From Azolla caroliniana (lineage: Eukaryota; Plantae; Polypodiophyta): DNA of 64,000 nucleotides. The stretch lies in assembly GCA_043228905.1 (NCBI GenBank), contig JBHGNT010000017.1:6510001-6574000 (forward strand), read 5' to 3'. The position numbers and the translations under genes were made by a program. How positions within the stretch are numbered: the first letter of the stretch is position 1; each line of letters starts with the position of its first letter. A model generated the notes under the pieces. It was not told the DNA's origin, searched no databases, and was given only the letters and a program-made list of their open reading frames with translations. Positions 11,401 through 23,196 of the stretch are shown here, piece after piece.

Positions 11401-13675
11401 TCTAGCACATCATCACCGAAATCTTTCATGACTACATCCCGGCGTTCATGCAAGTCTTTCTCGACGATTTCGCCATGTATGGCCATCGACGGGAACACAT
11501 GACCCAGTTACGACTCTGCCTGGACCGATGTTGCCAAGCTCGATTGAGCTTAAACCCGGCGAAATGCGCGTTCTTAGTCACCAGCGGCAACCTTCTCGGC
11601 CACATTGTCAGTCAAGAAGGCATCGCTATGGACCCGGATAAAGTAAAGGCCATCCTGACCACCACCGCACCGTCGAACACTAAGGCACTAAGCCGATTTT
11701 TGGGACAGATCCGATGGCACAGCCGAATGATACGACACCTGGCCGATTTCGCGACACCTTTACACGCGGCAGTCCATCGCCTTCCCTTCCAATGGACGTC
11801 AATCGAGGACACGGCCTATCAGACCCTGAAACTAATGTTGTCACATGCCCCGGTGGTCCAGTCTCCGGTTTGGTCCAAACAATTTCATGTCTTCGTAGAT
11901 GCTTCGGACATCGCCATCGGAAGTGCCCTGATGCAATGCACACCCCCGAATTGGTATAGGCCCGTGTACTACGCCAGCCGACGGCTCTCGACCGCGGAAA
12001 AGAATTACTCCACCACCGAGCGGGAGGCCCTCGGTATGATTTATAGCATCAATAAATTCCGGCATTACCTCTTGGGCCGGAAATTTACCTTTCACGTGGA
12101 TCACTCGGCCCTTCTTTATTTGGTCAATAAAGAAGCCCTCACCGGACGGTTGGCTCGGTGGATGCTCCTACTCCAAGAGTTTGATTTCCAGATTCAGCAT
12201 CAACCCGGGGTACAAATGCCGTCGCCGACTACTTGAGCCATCTTGAGTCAGGGGAACAGGCAAAAACAACGTACAACGAGCTACCGGACGCCAGCCTATT
12301 TAACCGGACCACGATGCTAGACAATAATGAAGATGAATGGATCACGGAGATGACCCATTTTCTCACTACCGGTTTACCTCCCGAGCACATGCCCCTTGAC
12401 ACGAGAAAACGCCTAGCAGTGCGTAGCCGGAATTTTTGCCTCGTCTCGGACATTCTCTACCACAAAGGCTTGGACGGCATATGGCACCAAGCGATTCGGC
12501 AATTCGAGAAGAACGTCGTTCTTCAGGAGGCCCACCAGGGAGTAGTTGGGGGGCATTACGCCGGGGATTCCACGGCAAGGAAAGTTTGGCAAAGCGGATT
12601 GTGATGGCCGACAATGAAGAGAGACGCTCACAAGTTTTGCCAGCAGTGCGATTTGTGCCAACGACTGGGGCAACCAATGGAACAGTCACGCATGCCACAC
12701 CAGCCAATTCTTCTGTTGGACCCCTTTCAAAAATGGGGTTTGGATTTTGTAGGCCCTTTCAAACCACCCGCGGCCCGTACAGGGAATAGGTATATTATCG
12801 TTGCCACAGATTACTGCACCAAATGGGTCGAAGCTAAGGCACTCCGAGACAACACGGCGGCATCCACGGCTAAATTCGTGTACGAGCACCTTTGGTGCCA
12901 TTACGGATGCCCAATCGAGCTCGTTAGTGACCAAGGTGGGCACTTCATCAATCATATAATACGTGAGCTTACACACCACTACGCGGTGGTGCACAAGAAA
13001 AGCACACCATACTACCCGCAGGCGAACAGCTTGGCGGAATCGACCAATAAAATCCTCCAAACCATACTAAAGAAGATCGTCAATGAAAACAGGACCGATT
13101 GGGATGACAAACTCCAAAGCGCGTTGTGGGCGTATCGTACAACTTTCAAAACAAGCATCCAATCAACCCCCTTTCGAATGGCGTTCAGGTTAGAAGCCGT
13201 AATGCCCGTCGAGTTCCAAGTCCTGAGCCTCCAAGTTCAAATCAAGGCATGGCTCCCCGAGGCCCAATCCGAGCAATACCGGCTGGAACAACTCCTCGAA
13301 CTCGGCGAAGACAGGATAGAGAGTATGGCCCAGCTCGAACAACGCCAACGACAACGCAAGGCTTTCGTGGATCGACATCGAAACGGGCTAGAAAAGGAGC
13401 TCACCATCGGCAAACTGGTTCTTCTTTTTCAAACACGACTCGGGTCTATGCCGGGAAAATTAAGATTTCGGTGGACCGGTTCATTCTGGATTATCGACGA
13501 GTTCAACGAGACGTTCCAGCTCAGCACACTCGCTGGCGACACTGTCAAAAGCTGGGCCAATGGTTTCCGACTTCGACCATATCGAGGCACTACACCACCC
13601 AACCCGTTTACCAAGCCACACGGCACAAACGAGTTTCGGGAGACCACCACGGAGGAGGCCACGTGTCCCCCTTAA
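8472..13675 (+). pseudogene. Gag-Pol of Gypsy B, many premature stops and frameshifts
   Basis: ORF pieces 8559-8999 (gag core), 9012-9227, 9747-10058, 10074-10496 (protease), 10563-11345 and 11448-12236 (RT/RH), 12233-13675 (integrase). Colinear with and similar to Pol of A. Confidence 0.92.
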
Positions 13676-14174
13676 TAAGGACTCACCCACCTTCTTGATA
13701 TTAATAAAGTAGGTAGGATTAACCATAGTTTAGCCACCGATTAGCTACACCTACACCACCCACCTAGGCACCCACAAATTTAGGAGCACCTCTCATTTAG
13801 TACCTATTTAAGCACATGCAAAGCACTAAAAGCACCCCACTCACCTTCAGGACACGTGGCGCTAGTCACTTATTATGGCACCCACGACTCAGAATCTTCA
13901 GGATTCGCTTCGGGCACAAAACCCTAGGAGTAAGTTACTAAAACCGTTTCCAAAACGCAGCACAGACCATTATCGCTCCCAATCTCCATCGCTCTCAAGC
14001 TCAGAAGCCCCTTCTCGCTCTCATCGCTCTAAACTCTCTTGCTCTCAAGCCCTCTTTCGCTCTCATAGCCCCTCTGCTGAACTTCCCCTTCCTGCTGTTC
14101 CTCCTCTGTCTCGCCCTCGCCTCATCACTCTTCTTCACTCTTCCACACAGTCAAACCCCGTCTCCATCTCCACC

Positions 14175-15812
14175 ATGCCTCTTACCGCTTCAACAAAAAC
14201 CCGCGCCTGGCTCCAGGAACGAGGAATGGGCGGTTACCTGAAGATCATCGATGCCCCCGCGCACCCAGATGCCCAAGGAGTGGCTAAACGTATTTGTCCC
14301 GAAGCCATCACCAACAACGTGCTACGGGCTGTTTTGGACCTGCAACGGGGAGGGGACCATGAGGTCGACATACCCCCGGCATCAAAGCTGAAAGAGTACT
14401 TCGGTGAGTACTCAGCCTCAGGGAAGGCATATCGCACATATGGCGGTCCCAACAGAGCTTTCGGGGAAATTTCTCGTATATTGATGGAGTATGCGTTCGT
14501 GCATACGAACCCGACGAGCATGCCGCAGAACAAGGCAGCCATCATCATCAGCGCGTATGAAGGAAACAGAGTCAATTGGGGAATCATCACAGGCGAAGGA
14601 CTCCGCGCTGCCTTGGCCTCATTCCAGTCCGGTAAGAAGATGTTGTCTGTTCTTACCCACTTTTTTATAGTTCTATACCCACCCTCTTCTCTTCCTTCCC
14701 CTCGCACACTCACGTCCCCACCACCACCACGAAGGCAGAGAGAGAAATCGGTTGCCATCAGCCATGAAGCATGGGAGGAGCCCACATCGCCTTCACCTCC
14801 TGCCGCCGACCAAAACCCCGCATCGGCACCACCACCCACCCAACCCCAACAAAAAAGGGCAGTTTCCGAGACCTGCCAAGAAGAGGAGGAGGAGATAGCC
14901 ACGGAGGACAACACGGCAGACGATGTCACCATTCGACAGCCAACGCCACGCCCCTCGGTAACTTCCCCAGGGCCTAGCCCATGCCCCAACACACAGCAGG
15001 CAGCACCACCACGACCCTAGAAAAGGAAGCAGGCGGAGGAAACGACACTACCGGCCCCGGAACCCCAAACCCAACCGAGCAAGAGAAGACGACTCAACCG
15101 CGAGTCCTCGGCAGAACAGAAAGAGCCACAACAGGAGTAAGCCTTAGTTGTCAGTCAGAGCAACCTGGCCATCATCCCTGAGGAGACATCGCTGAACCAG
15201 GGAAAGATCGAGCATGGGCAGACAACGCAGATCTCGGAGGATGAAGTCCTCGGGTATAAAGACCTCCCCGCGGAGGCTTACGAATTTAGTGCGCTCCTAC
15301 GCCTCGGTACGACATTCGAGCTGGTCGACTTCCTCGCCAGAGCCCAAGTCGCGGCAGCCGCTCGAATGGCAGAAGAGCACGCCGAAACAAAAATGATTCA
15401 ACGCGCGCTATTAGGTGAAATTGAGCCCTAGGACGACAGGGCTTTACAAAAAATAGGGAGAAAGAAGCAGGCAAAATAGGCCGCTCTCCTCATGGAGGTC
15501 CCAGAGTTGAACACGGACCTTATCGAGGCATATAGGGACCTGGATCGCACTACGCGGGCAGCCAAACACATGGGCCGAAAGATAAAAACAGCCCAAAAAC
15601 AGGCTAAGGTGGCTACGGAATTATGGCACGCTGCGAAACAGATACTGGCAGCCTGGGAGCAAAACCGGTCGGAACAACAACTCTTGAGCCTTCCGGCCAT
15701 GACCACCGAGGCCCTCCCAGCCCCTCCACCCATAACAATGATAGATGAAAGCACCGTCACGGATTCAATCCTGACGATCCAGGCCAGCACACTAACGGAC
15801 TCGTTACAAATG
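14175..15812 (+). pseudogene. Extra 3' ORF of Gypsy B, N-terminal part
   Basis: WLQERGMGGYL...YFGEYS...MPQNKAAIIISAYEGNRVNW aligns with A (WLKQHGLEGFL...YFGEYS...MPQNRAGMIIATYEGIKVDW). The frame continues through point stops into ORF 15492-15818. Confidence 0.82.
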
Positions 15813-17285
15813 GTCTAGCCTCCCGGCCGAAATCAGGTTCAATCGAACCTCCGGAACGTGTCGAACATCCTTCAGCAGCATCTTGCATCCGGTTGATGTC
15901 ATCAGCCACACGTCTCCTATGCCGGCAATCCGGCATGTACCTTCATTTCCCATCCGGACACAGCCGTGCTCACCGGCTGTGTAGGATGAGAAGTATTTCT
16001 TCTCCGGGGTCAGGTGGAACGACGCTCCGGAATCGACCACCCAGGTCATCTCTTCACCGGCAAGGTTCAGCTCCCTCTCTTCGGTAATGAGCATTATCTC
16101 TTCTTCACTTGCCGCGAGTGCCGTCGTTCCTTTCCGGTCCTGCCCTCGCCAATCCGGACCTCTCCGGTCCGTGGCTCCCCGGTATGCACCGTTTCGCTCC
16201 GGTGACTTCTTCGAATCGGTACCGTCGGTTCCGTTGTCTTTCCGGAAATGCCGACAGTTCTTCTGGAAGTGCCCCGGCTTCCCACAGTAGAAGCATGTGG
16301 GTCTTCCCCTCGACTGCGACCGTGTCCCCGACTTCTCCCGTCTTTGCGGACTCCGGTTCCGTTGTCTTCCCCGTTCCGATTCGGTAAGCAGCGCCTTCGA
16401 GTCGGAGGCCGGTTCTTTATCTCTCCGACGCACTTCTTCATTTAGAGTACTTGTCTTTACCGTTAGTAAAGACAAGTTCTCTTCCTTACAGGAGGTGCTG
16501 AGAGTAACTACCAAGTTCTCCCAGCTCTCCGGAAGGGTACACATCAGCATGATGGCTTGCATTGCGTCATCCAACGGGAACTTGATCGCCGCAAGCTGGT
16601 CCACGAATCCCATGAACGTGCTGACGTGTTCGACCATGCTCTCGCCGTCCCGGTACTTAAGATTCACTATCTTCCTCATCAGGGAGGTCCGGGTCAGAGC
16701 ATTCTTCCTCTCATACAGTCCGGACAGCTTCTGCCACATCTCATAGGCGTTCGTATCGTTCGCCACATGTTGCAGAACACTTACATCGACATATTGCCGG
16801 ATCGTCGCTACGGCTTTCCGGTTCAGGAGCTTCCACTCCGACTCTATTACCCCCTTGGGTATCTCGGCATTGTCGATCGGTTCGTACAGGTCTCGGACGA
16901 TGAGAAGGTCTTCCATCTTTATCTTCCAGTCGGCGTAGTTCTGTGAGTTCAACACCATCATGCCCGGAGGCCCACTACCGCCGCCTTCCATTTTCTGTGT
17001 TAACCGTGCTCTGATACCACTTTGTTGCAAACAGTGCTCGGCCACCACCGAGGAATAGGATCAACTCACAGAAAACAGGAAATACAAAATGCACGAAGAC
17101 AATAGAGAGAAGAGTACACAGGATGTTTTACGTGGAAAACCCTAAATGGGAAAAACCACGGGAGTCCTCAAACTCCAACTATCACTATAAACAGAGATGT
17201 ACAATGGTGAAGCTACAAGGCAACAACCTTAAGCTCACTGTCTTCGCCACAGGCGGCGGTAATACACAGAGGCAACGACCTCTTC

Positions 17286-17319
<34 letters not shown>

Positions 17320-17621
17320 TGCTCACTTAGCTCTCTCTAAGTGAAAACCCAGAAAAATGAGCAACAACATAAACTGTTTGCCCTAAGTCATATTTATACA
17401 CATATGACTTTCGGGCTATTTACAAATATAGCCTCAAGGGCCCTTGGCAAACATATTCACAAATATGTCCCCGCATCCGGATCTCTCTCCGGGTACATTC
17501 GTCATCCGGCTCCGTAGCCGGGGTCTTCATCATCCAGATCCGGAATCGTAACCGTAACCGTAACCGGGATTGCCGTCATTCATCTTCGGACATCCCATCC
17601 GGAGGGACCGAAATCCCAACA
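15813..17621 (-). mobile_element. Ty1/Copia element D (Tnt1/Tork-like), 3'-truncated: 5' LTR, PBS, gag and protease only
   Basis: LTR TGTTG...CAACA at 17023-17621; PBS TGGTATCAGAGC at 17019-17008. The ORF has Copia gag, CCHC and WVVDSGASFH and breaks off at ISAGRLD. No second LTR or TSD. Confidence 0.9.
17023..17621 (-). repeat. 5' LTR of Copia D (599 bp)
   Basis: TGTTG/CAACA termini, adjacent tRNA-iMet PBS, similar to the LTR at about 61764-62243. Confidence 0.85.
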
Positions 17622-18264
17622 AATACTGATCGAGAAACAGCGCCAGCACCTCACCAAAAAGGTCGAGGAAACATTAAGTCGCGCAGGAGACGAATGGGCA
17701 GCCCAAGCTGCCGAATTGCATATTTTACGTGCCGACGCCGAGAACCGACGGAAGGAGGGCCGCGGCTTTTACAAAATGGACGAAGCCAGCATACAAAACC
17801 TGCGTGCAAATTTAACCGAGGATTACCAGTCCTTGGCAAAATCTCACACCGCGGCACTCGAGCAAATACTAGAGGACTTCAATGACGGTCAGATGGTGTT
17901 TCACCTGGAAGCAGAAGCCTTCGAACGAGAACGACTCGCAGCCATCCCAACCAGCCCTCCAACAGCCACAGAGCAGCAAGAGGAACCTTCCAGCGAGGGG
18001 ATCTCGGACACGGCACAGGAGGAACTCGCCCCGGCCAACAGACCTCCCGAGGACGCCCACACGGTACCAAATCCAGTCGAAGTAGAGGTCAACGCCCTCG
18101 AACCCACACCCCCACCAGAAGAATCGGCCGCACCTGAGGCGGACGCCCGAGAGGATATGACACCCCCGGACCAAACTCAACCCCCAGCACCGATAGTCCA
18201 ACCAGATCACCCTGCCACCACCCCGGACCCCGAAAACATCCTCGACATCTTAAAAGAGGAATGA
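17622..18264 (+). pseudogene. Extra 3' ORF of Gypsy B, C-terminal part
   Basis: WAAQAAELHILRADAENRRKEG vs A WAQNAAELQLLRADVANRRKEG; ends NILDILKEE* vs A SILDILDEE*. Confidence 0.85.
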
Positions 18265-18317
18265 AACGAGGATCACGCCTAAAAGGCAATTTTTGTAATA
18301 TTGTTAGTATTTTGTAA

Positions 18318-18360
18318 GTCGTGGGTCCGACGGACAAGGTCTTGTCCCATGGGCGTGCCA
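18318..18360 (-). promoter_or_regulatory. tRNA-Arg-type primer-binding site on the minus strand at the PPT position (element B)
   Basis: Minus strand reads LTR end ACAACA + CC + TGGCACGCCCATGGGAC; same layout as in element A. Confidence 0.7.
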
Positions 18361-18362
18361 GG

Positions 18363-18838
18363 TGTTGTCCAGAGGACAGAAATGTAAAATTAGGAAATTA
18401 GCAAACGGCAGTAGTGTAACTGAGCGCCGAGTCCGAGTATCACGGGCCACCGACGGCTCGGTTGTGTATTAGGGGAAATGTTATTTAAACGAGGTCCAGT
18501 ACCTCAAAGGGAGAGAGAGAAAAATATAGGCGGAAGCACTAGCTTAGTCCATCGTAACTAGATAATCCTATAAGGTCACCGGTCGTAGGCCGTGTTCTGT
18601 AATCCTTTTTCTATTGCAGTAATATATATGATTTGTGCCCATTTTGCTCCATGTGTCTGTGCTTTGGTTCATACCTATGATTTCAGCGCCGCCCACGCCT
18701 ATCAAGATCTCGCTAGTGTTTTATCTGTGATCATTTTCTCCCTCACGACGCCTCTGTTACGAGCCTTCACGTACCACGCCCTTGAATACCGATAGCCGCA
18801 GATCTATCGAAGGTGTTCACCCAAAGGAATGGGTAACA
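18363..18838 (+). repeat. Downstream LTR of Gypsy B (476 bp)
   Basis: TGTTG...TAACA termini, TATA-like ttatttaaac near 18481. The junction at 18839 falls just after the SNAPY codons of element C RT. Confidence 0.75.
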
Positions 18839-21450
18839 TTTGGTACGGAGCGTTTGATGGCTTTAGAATCCCCATTGCCACCTTCTCCTTGAGCAAGTCG
18901 ATGATTTTGGGAATATGCGCCCACGGCACCGGAATCGGCTTCAGGTTCCACAGCACATGGTCAATCGTGAAGATCACCATCGGCTCCACTATCTTCAGAT
19001 CAACGCACCCTATCTCCTTCGATGCGAATGCAAATGCTTTCCCATGTTGTTCCAACATCCCACGGAATCGTTCTTCTTCTTTTTTTTGCAAGGAAACAAC
19101 CTCCACCGATCCGAAGTTTCTTCCGGGTCTCATCCGTGAAGGCATGTCTGACATCCACGGACTTCCGAAGTGTCGGATCTCCCTAGAATTCTTTCCTCTT
19201 TTGCTCGCTATCCGCAGGTAATGGTCCCGCGACCGGTTTCACTTTCTTCTCCACGGTCTTGTATTTCGTACTTACCATTGCTTCTTCTTTGCGGAGCGCA
19301 TCCGGCCCCATTTTCGCAATGATCTCGTACATCTCCACCGATTCCACCGGGACTACCCGGTCTCCTTGGCTTTTATCCTCCACAAGTTCTTCAAGCCGTT
19401 GTAGCGTGTTCCCATAGAACACTTCTTCGACTACCCCCACGATTTCTTCGTCTTCTTTTATTATTGATGCCGACCGCAACTTATCCTCTACTTCCGATTT
19501 GGCTTCGAATTCGTGCGAAAGCCACACCACTTTCGAGCACCTTCGTCTCCATTCGTGATGCCGTGATAAATGGTTGCCTGAGGATCACGGAATGTGAAAC
19601 CTTGTCTTGCACGAAGAAATTTTGGTCGATCTCGACATCCCCGATCTTCACCGTCACATTCGGACAAGCCGCAAATAGATCTTTCGTTGCTTTAGTGGCT
19701 GCCCAGATCTTCCATCCATGGTTAGTGTTTATAGGCCACTTCCCCTTCCGGTAGAATTCCTTGGACATCAAATTGATCTCTGATCCGTGATCAATCAATG
19801 CTAGCATGGGCTCTTTGATTTTGTCGATTCGAACCGGAGTCTCCGTAGTTGCATGTGCCCAGTGTGGCCTTGTGTAGTGGGAGTTCGGTATTTCGTCCTC
19901 CACTTCGGTGTCATTCATTAAGACGGTATTTGCATTTACCCTTGGAGCATTTTCCTCCGTACTTTGTATTTTTCTCTTGACAAGATCCACAAGAAGATCG
20001 TGGAACTCCTTCGCTATTCCGAGTAATTCCCGAAGCGAAAATTCTACCCGGCTATCAAGAATTCTCTCCTCAAACACCTTTTTCAAGTCCGTTTGTTGTT
20101 CAATGTCTGAGACGAGCTTGAATGCCGGAATCATCTTTTCTTTTCCTTTCCCTCCAGAGTTCCAACTTTCCAGTGTCTTCAATGGTCCGGCCGCATCATC
20201 CGTGCGCCGTCGTTTCTCGTCTACATACACTTCATGCATTTGGCATAGCGCATGTACGTTATTCTTATCTACAGGGCATTCCCATCCCGTACCTTCCCGA
20301 ATACAGTCCGCGACGCTTTGGATTTCATCATGGTCGGCTTTCTTCAAAGTTTCTAGCACTTCCGGTCAAAAAGACGCCTTTGTTGCAGATGACTCCCCCA
20401 CACGTATTCCTGCGGTTGTTGCATAATTGTGTTTCACCGCAATCTCCTCCTCTAGGACCTTCTTCATGCCGCCTTTTCGGAAGTTCGGTCGGAGTGGCTT
20501 CCGAGAATCCATCAAATGAATCTGATTTCCCTCGTAGTAGATAAGATCCCGTTGTAACACCTCATTGTGCTCATCGCAATCTCTCCAATCATATTCGGTG
20601 CTATCGCACCATATGCATCGATGGTCCATGTACTTGGAACTTGTGGGATGGTCTTCCGTCTTCTTCACCATCGCGATTTTCAGATTCTCCATCTCCTTCA
20701 ACAATTGCTCCACCGTGGTTGCGTCAATTCCCTTCTCGGTCGTAGTCTCCCGAGCCCGTCGTTGATGGTCTTCCAATCTGGATCTCGGTTTCGGAATCGG
20801 TTCCGAAACCCTCTTTTCTTCGTTAGCAAGCCACTGCCCCCTATTTGTATATTGTGCGACGATATCTCACACGTTATCCCATGTTTCAGTGAGGCCACTC
20901 TCGGTGGTTGTGTCCTCCAGAAGCACTCCAAGATCTTTCCGGTCCCGGACGTACACGGCTCGTAGGAACATGATCACTTTGTCCGGTGCAAGGATAGCTT
21001 GATCTCTCGCGGACAGCCTCCTGAACCGACTTTCGAATGCCGAAAACACATCGAGGACCTTCATCCCCTTATCCAGCGTTTCCACCCAATCTTCGAATCC
21101 TCTCCTCATTGCCTTGGAGGAGTCCTCGATGGCGAACGTGGTCTTTAGCACCTCTTCAAATGCCTCCCACGTCGGATTTTGCTATCGTATCCCATGGATA
21201 CTCCCTTAAAGCCCGTCGGTCGCCACCCGGTTGAAGGATGTCACTTGCAGTCCTTCTGAGATCCCGCACCGTAGCATTTCCGCCTTGTAGTCCCGCAAAT
21301 ATCGTGACACATCTTTCCCGTTGAATTGCCCGTTCCGTTGCACGAGCCGCTCAACTACCGTTGCAATCTCCGACATAGAGCATTGTTCTTGTAGCATCCG
21401 CTCGAACATCACCATCATATTGTTAGCCTCCATCTCCTTGCCACCTGTCT

Positions 21451-21467
21451 TCATGTCGGGTTCACCA
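21451..21467 (-). promoter_or_regulatory. PBS of element C, complementary to tRNA-Trp
   Basis: Minus strand TGGTGAACCCGACATGA next to the LTR; the plant tRNA-Trp 3' end is recalled as TCACGTCGGGTTCACCA (1 mismatch). Confidence 0.75.
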
Positions 21468-21471
21468 AATG

Positions 21472-22125
21472 TGTCGTGCCTTTCGGCGCCGGATCGTTTG
21501 CGTGAGTCAGGTGGGAACTGCTGGGGTTTTGGACTAGGAGAAAGAAGAATATGAGATAATGTTAGTTAGGAAGAGATTGTAAGAAAAAGATATGAAACTC
21601 GTGAATCCCACGAGTATAATGTATTAATGGGTAATTAAATTGTAAGAGAGAATTGGATGGTAAATTCGTGAATCTCACGAATATTTTGTATTAATCAATC
21701 CTTCTAAAAAAATTCAATAATCCTATACATCTTTCTCTCTTCCTTACATAGTGTTGAAAGAGTCTAAGTTTATCACATGCAAGCATCATGCTTTTCCTAA
21801 CTTTAGTTTTCATGCACACTGCATGTGCATGATTAGCTTTCTATCCCATCTTTTCTTTTAACTTGAGTGTGTATGCATGAATAACTTTTTGTACCATGCA
21901 TATCTAGAATATTTACATGGGATAAAGTTTAGTATAACTTTAAAATTCATAGTATGCTAGTATAGTGGTAAGGTTGGGATTTGTCTATGTGGAGGTATAG
22001 GGTTCAAATCTTGCCTTATGCATGTAATAAAGATTTTTAATATTTTATTTTTATTTATTATACGTACTCTAAATCGGACATAGTGTTTTACATATTTCAC
22101 GTAGTGTGTGATTCACACTACGACA
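21472..22125 (-). repeat. 5' LTR of Gypsy C (654 bp)
   Basis: Inverted termini TGTCGT/ACGACA; host sequence resumes at 22126. Confidence 0.8.
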
Positions 22126-22483
22126 CCAGTAACTCAAGAATAAGATCAACACTGGCTCAACTAAAAAGCTCCAACAAGTTTCCCAACATGGGATGCATAG
22201 GAGAAGTAGGAAATTTTTATATATTTTTTAGGACTTTTGGATGATAATCCTTGCTATTCAGCCCCCATGAAGGGCCCAAATTTTGTCTCTTAATATTACA
22301 CGCACATTATTTGGCATATTAAAACACAAAGACATTGGCTTGTCTAAATGCTTCAAAAAGGTCTCCCCCCATAGAATGCACGAAACAAGCAAGGCAATCG
22401 CTTCTTTCACTTTTGCATATCAATGTTTAATGTTAGGTCGGATGCCCCAAATTTGCTATCTTCATAACCGTGGTGGAATGTTT
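22126..22483 (+). other. 3' UTR/flank of a third GAT-like paralog whose coding part would lie upstream of the window
   Basis: ccagtaactcaagaataagatcaac... closely matches the sequence just after the stop codons at 39061 and 48597. Confidence 0.85.
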
Positions 22484-22675
22484 AAAGATAGGGAAAAGGG
22501 AATGGTGAGAGGGTGTACGGGAGAAAAAAAAAACAAACAAACAAACAAACAAAAAGGTAAGAGAGAGGGTAAAGGATGTGCACTTGTGTACGTTGAGGAA
22601 GGAGAGGGTAATGGTAAGGGTGTTAAAATATAGGCAAAAGGGAAGGTAATGTGGGCAAAAGTGTAGGGCCAAAAA

Positions 22676-22711
<36 letters not shown>

Positions 22712-23196
22712 GAGGGATGAGGGGTAGGGATAAATCATTAATTTAGAATAAGGGGTAAAGGGCGGGTTAACTAAAATGGAGGGGTAGAGGTGTAAATAGG
22801 GGGAAAGTTGAAGGAGGGGTAGAGTCGTAAATAGGGAAAAGTTCGAGGAGGGGTAGAGGCATAAATAGGGAAAAGTTGGAGGAGGGGTAGCGGCGTAAAT
22901 AGGGAGAAGTTCGAGGAGGGGTAGATGATAAAAAACTTAAAAGTGGGAAGGGAGGGGGTAGAGGTAAAAGTGAGGGAGGGGTAGAGGCGTGATAATGAAA
23001 AGTGAAGGTTTAAAGGGGTAGGAGGGTAGGGGTGTATGTAAAACAAAGGTAAGGGAAGGGGTAGGGTGGTAGTTTGGGAAAAGTGAGGGGAAGGGTAGGG
23101 TGGTAATTTTAAAAAGTAAAGGGAGGGATAGGAGGGTAATTTAAAAGATAAGGGAAGGGATAAAGTGGTAATTTGGGAAAAATGAGGGGAGGGTAG
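22484..23196 (+). repeat. G-rich minisatellite region (about 34-bp and 33-bp units); similar G-rich sequence continues at 28770-29480
   Basis: ggaggggtagaggcgtaaatagggaaaagttcga x4-5 at about 22778-22925; agggaagggtagggtggtaatttgggaaaagtg-like units at about 23050-23196. Confidence 0.7.

Larger units (their letters stand above)
8472..18838 (+). mobile_element. Ty3/Gypsy LTR retrotransposon B (relative of A, more decayed), nested in element C
   Basis: gag-pol 8472-13675, extra ORF 14175-18264 interrupted by Copia D, LTR 18363-18838. Element C RT sequence resumes right after. Confidence 0.9.
18839..22125 (-). mobile_element. Ty3/Gypsy element C (5' half: LTR, tRNA-Trp PBS, gag, protease, start of RT), decayed
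   Basis: ORF pieces 21454-21206, 21151-20867, 20776-20366 (CIWCDSTEYDWRDC), 20359-19481 (LIDHGSEINLM), 19530-18840 (KYKTVEKKVKPV...GILKPSNAPY). LTR TGTCGT...ACGACA at 21472-22125. Confidence 0.88.

Noticed and set aside
21948-22022. Functional tRNA gene
   Set aside because: The acceptor and anticodon stems do not pair properly. Reported only as tRNA-like boxes.
22778-23196. CRISPR-like repeat array
   Set aside because: Head-to-tail degenerate repeats without unique spacers, in a eukaryotic context with no cas genes.
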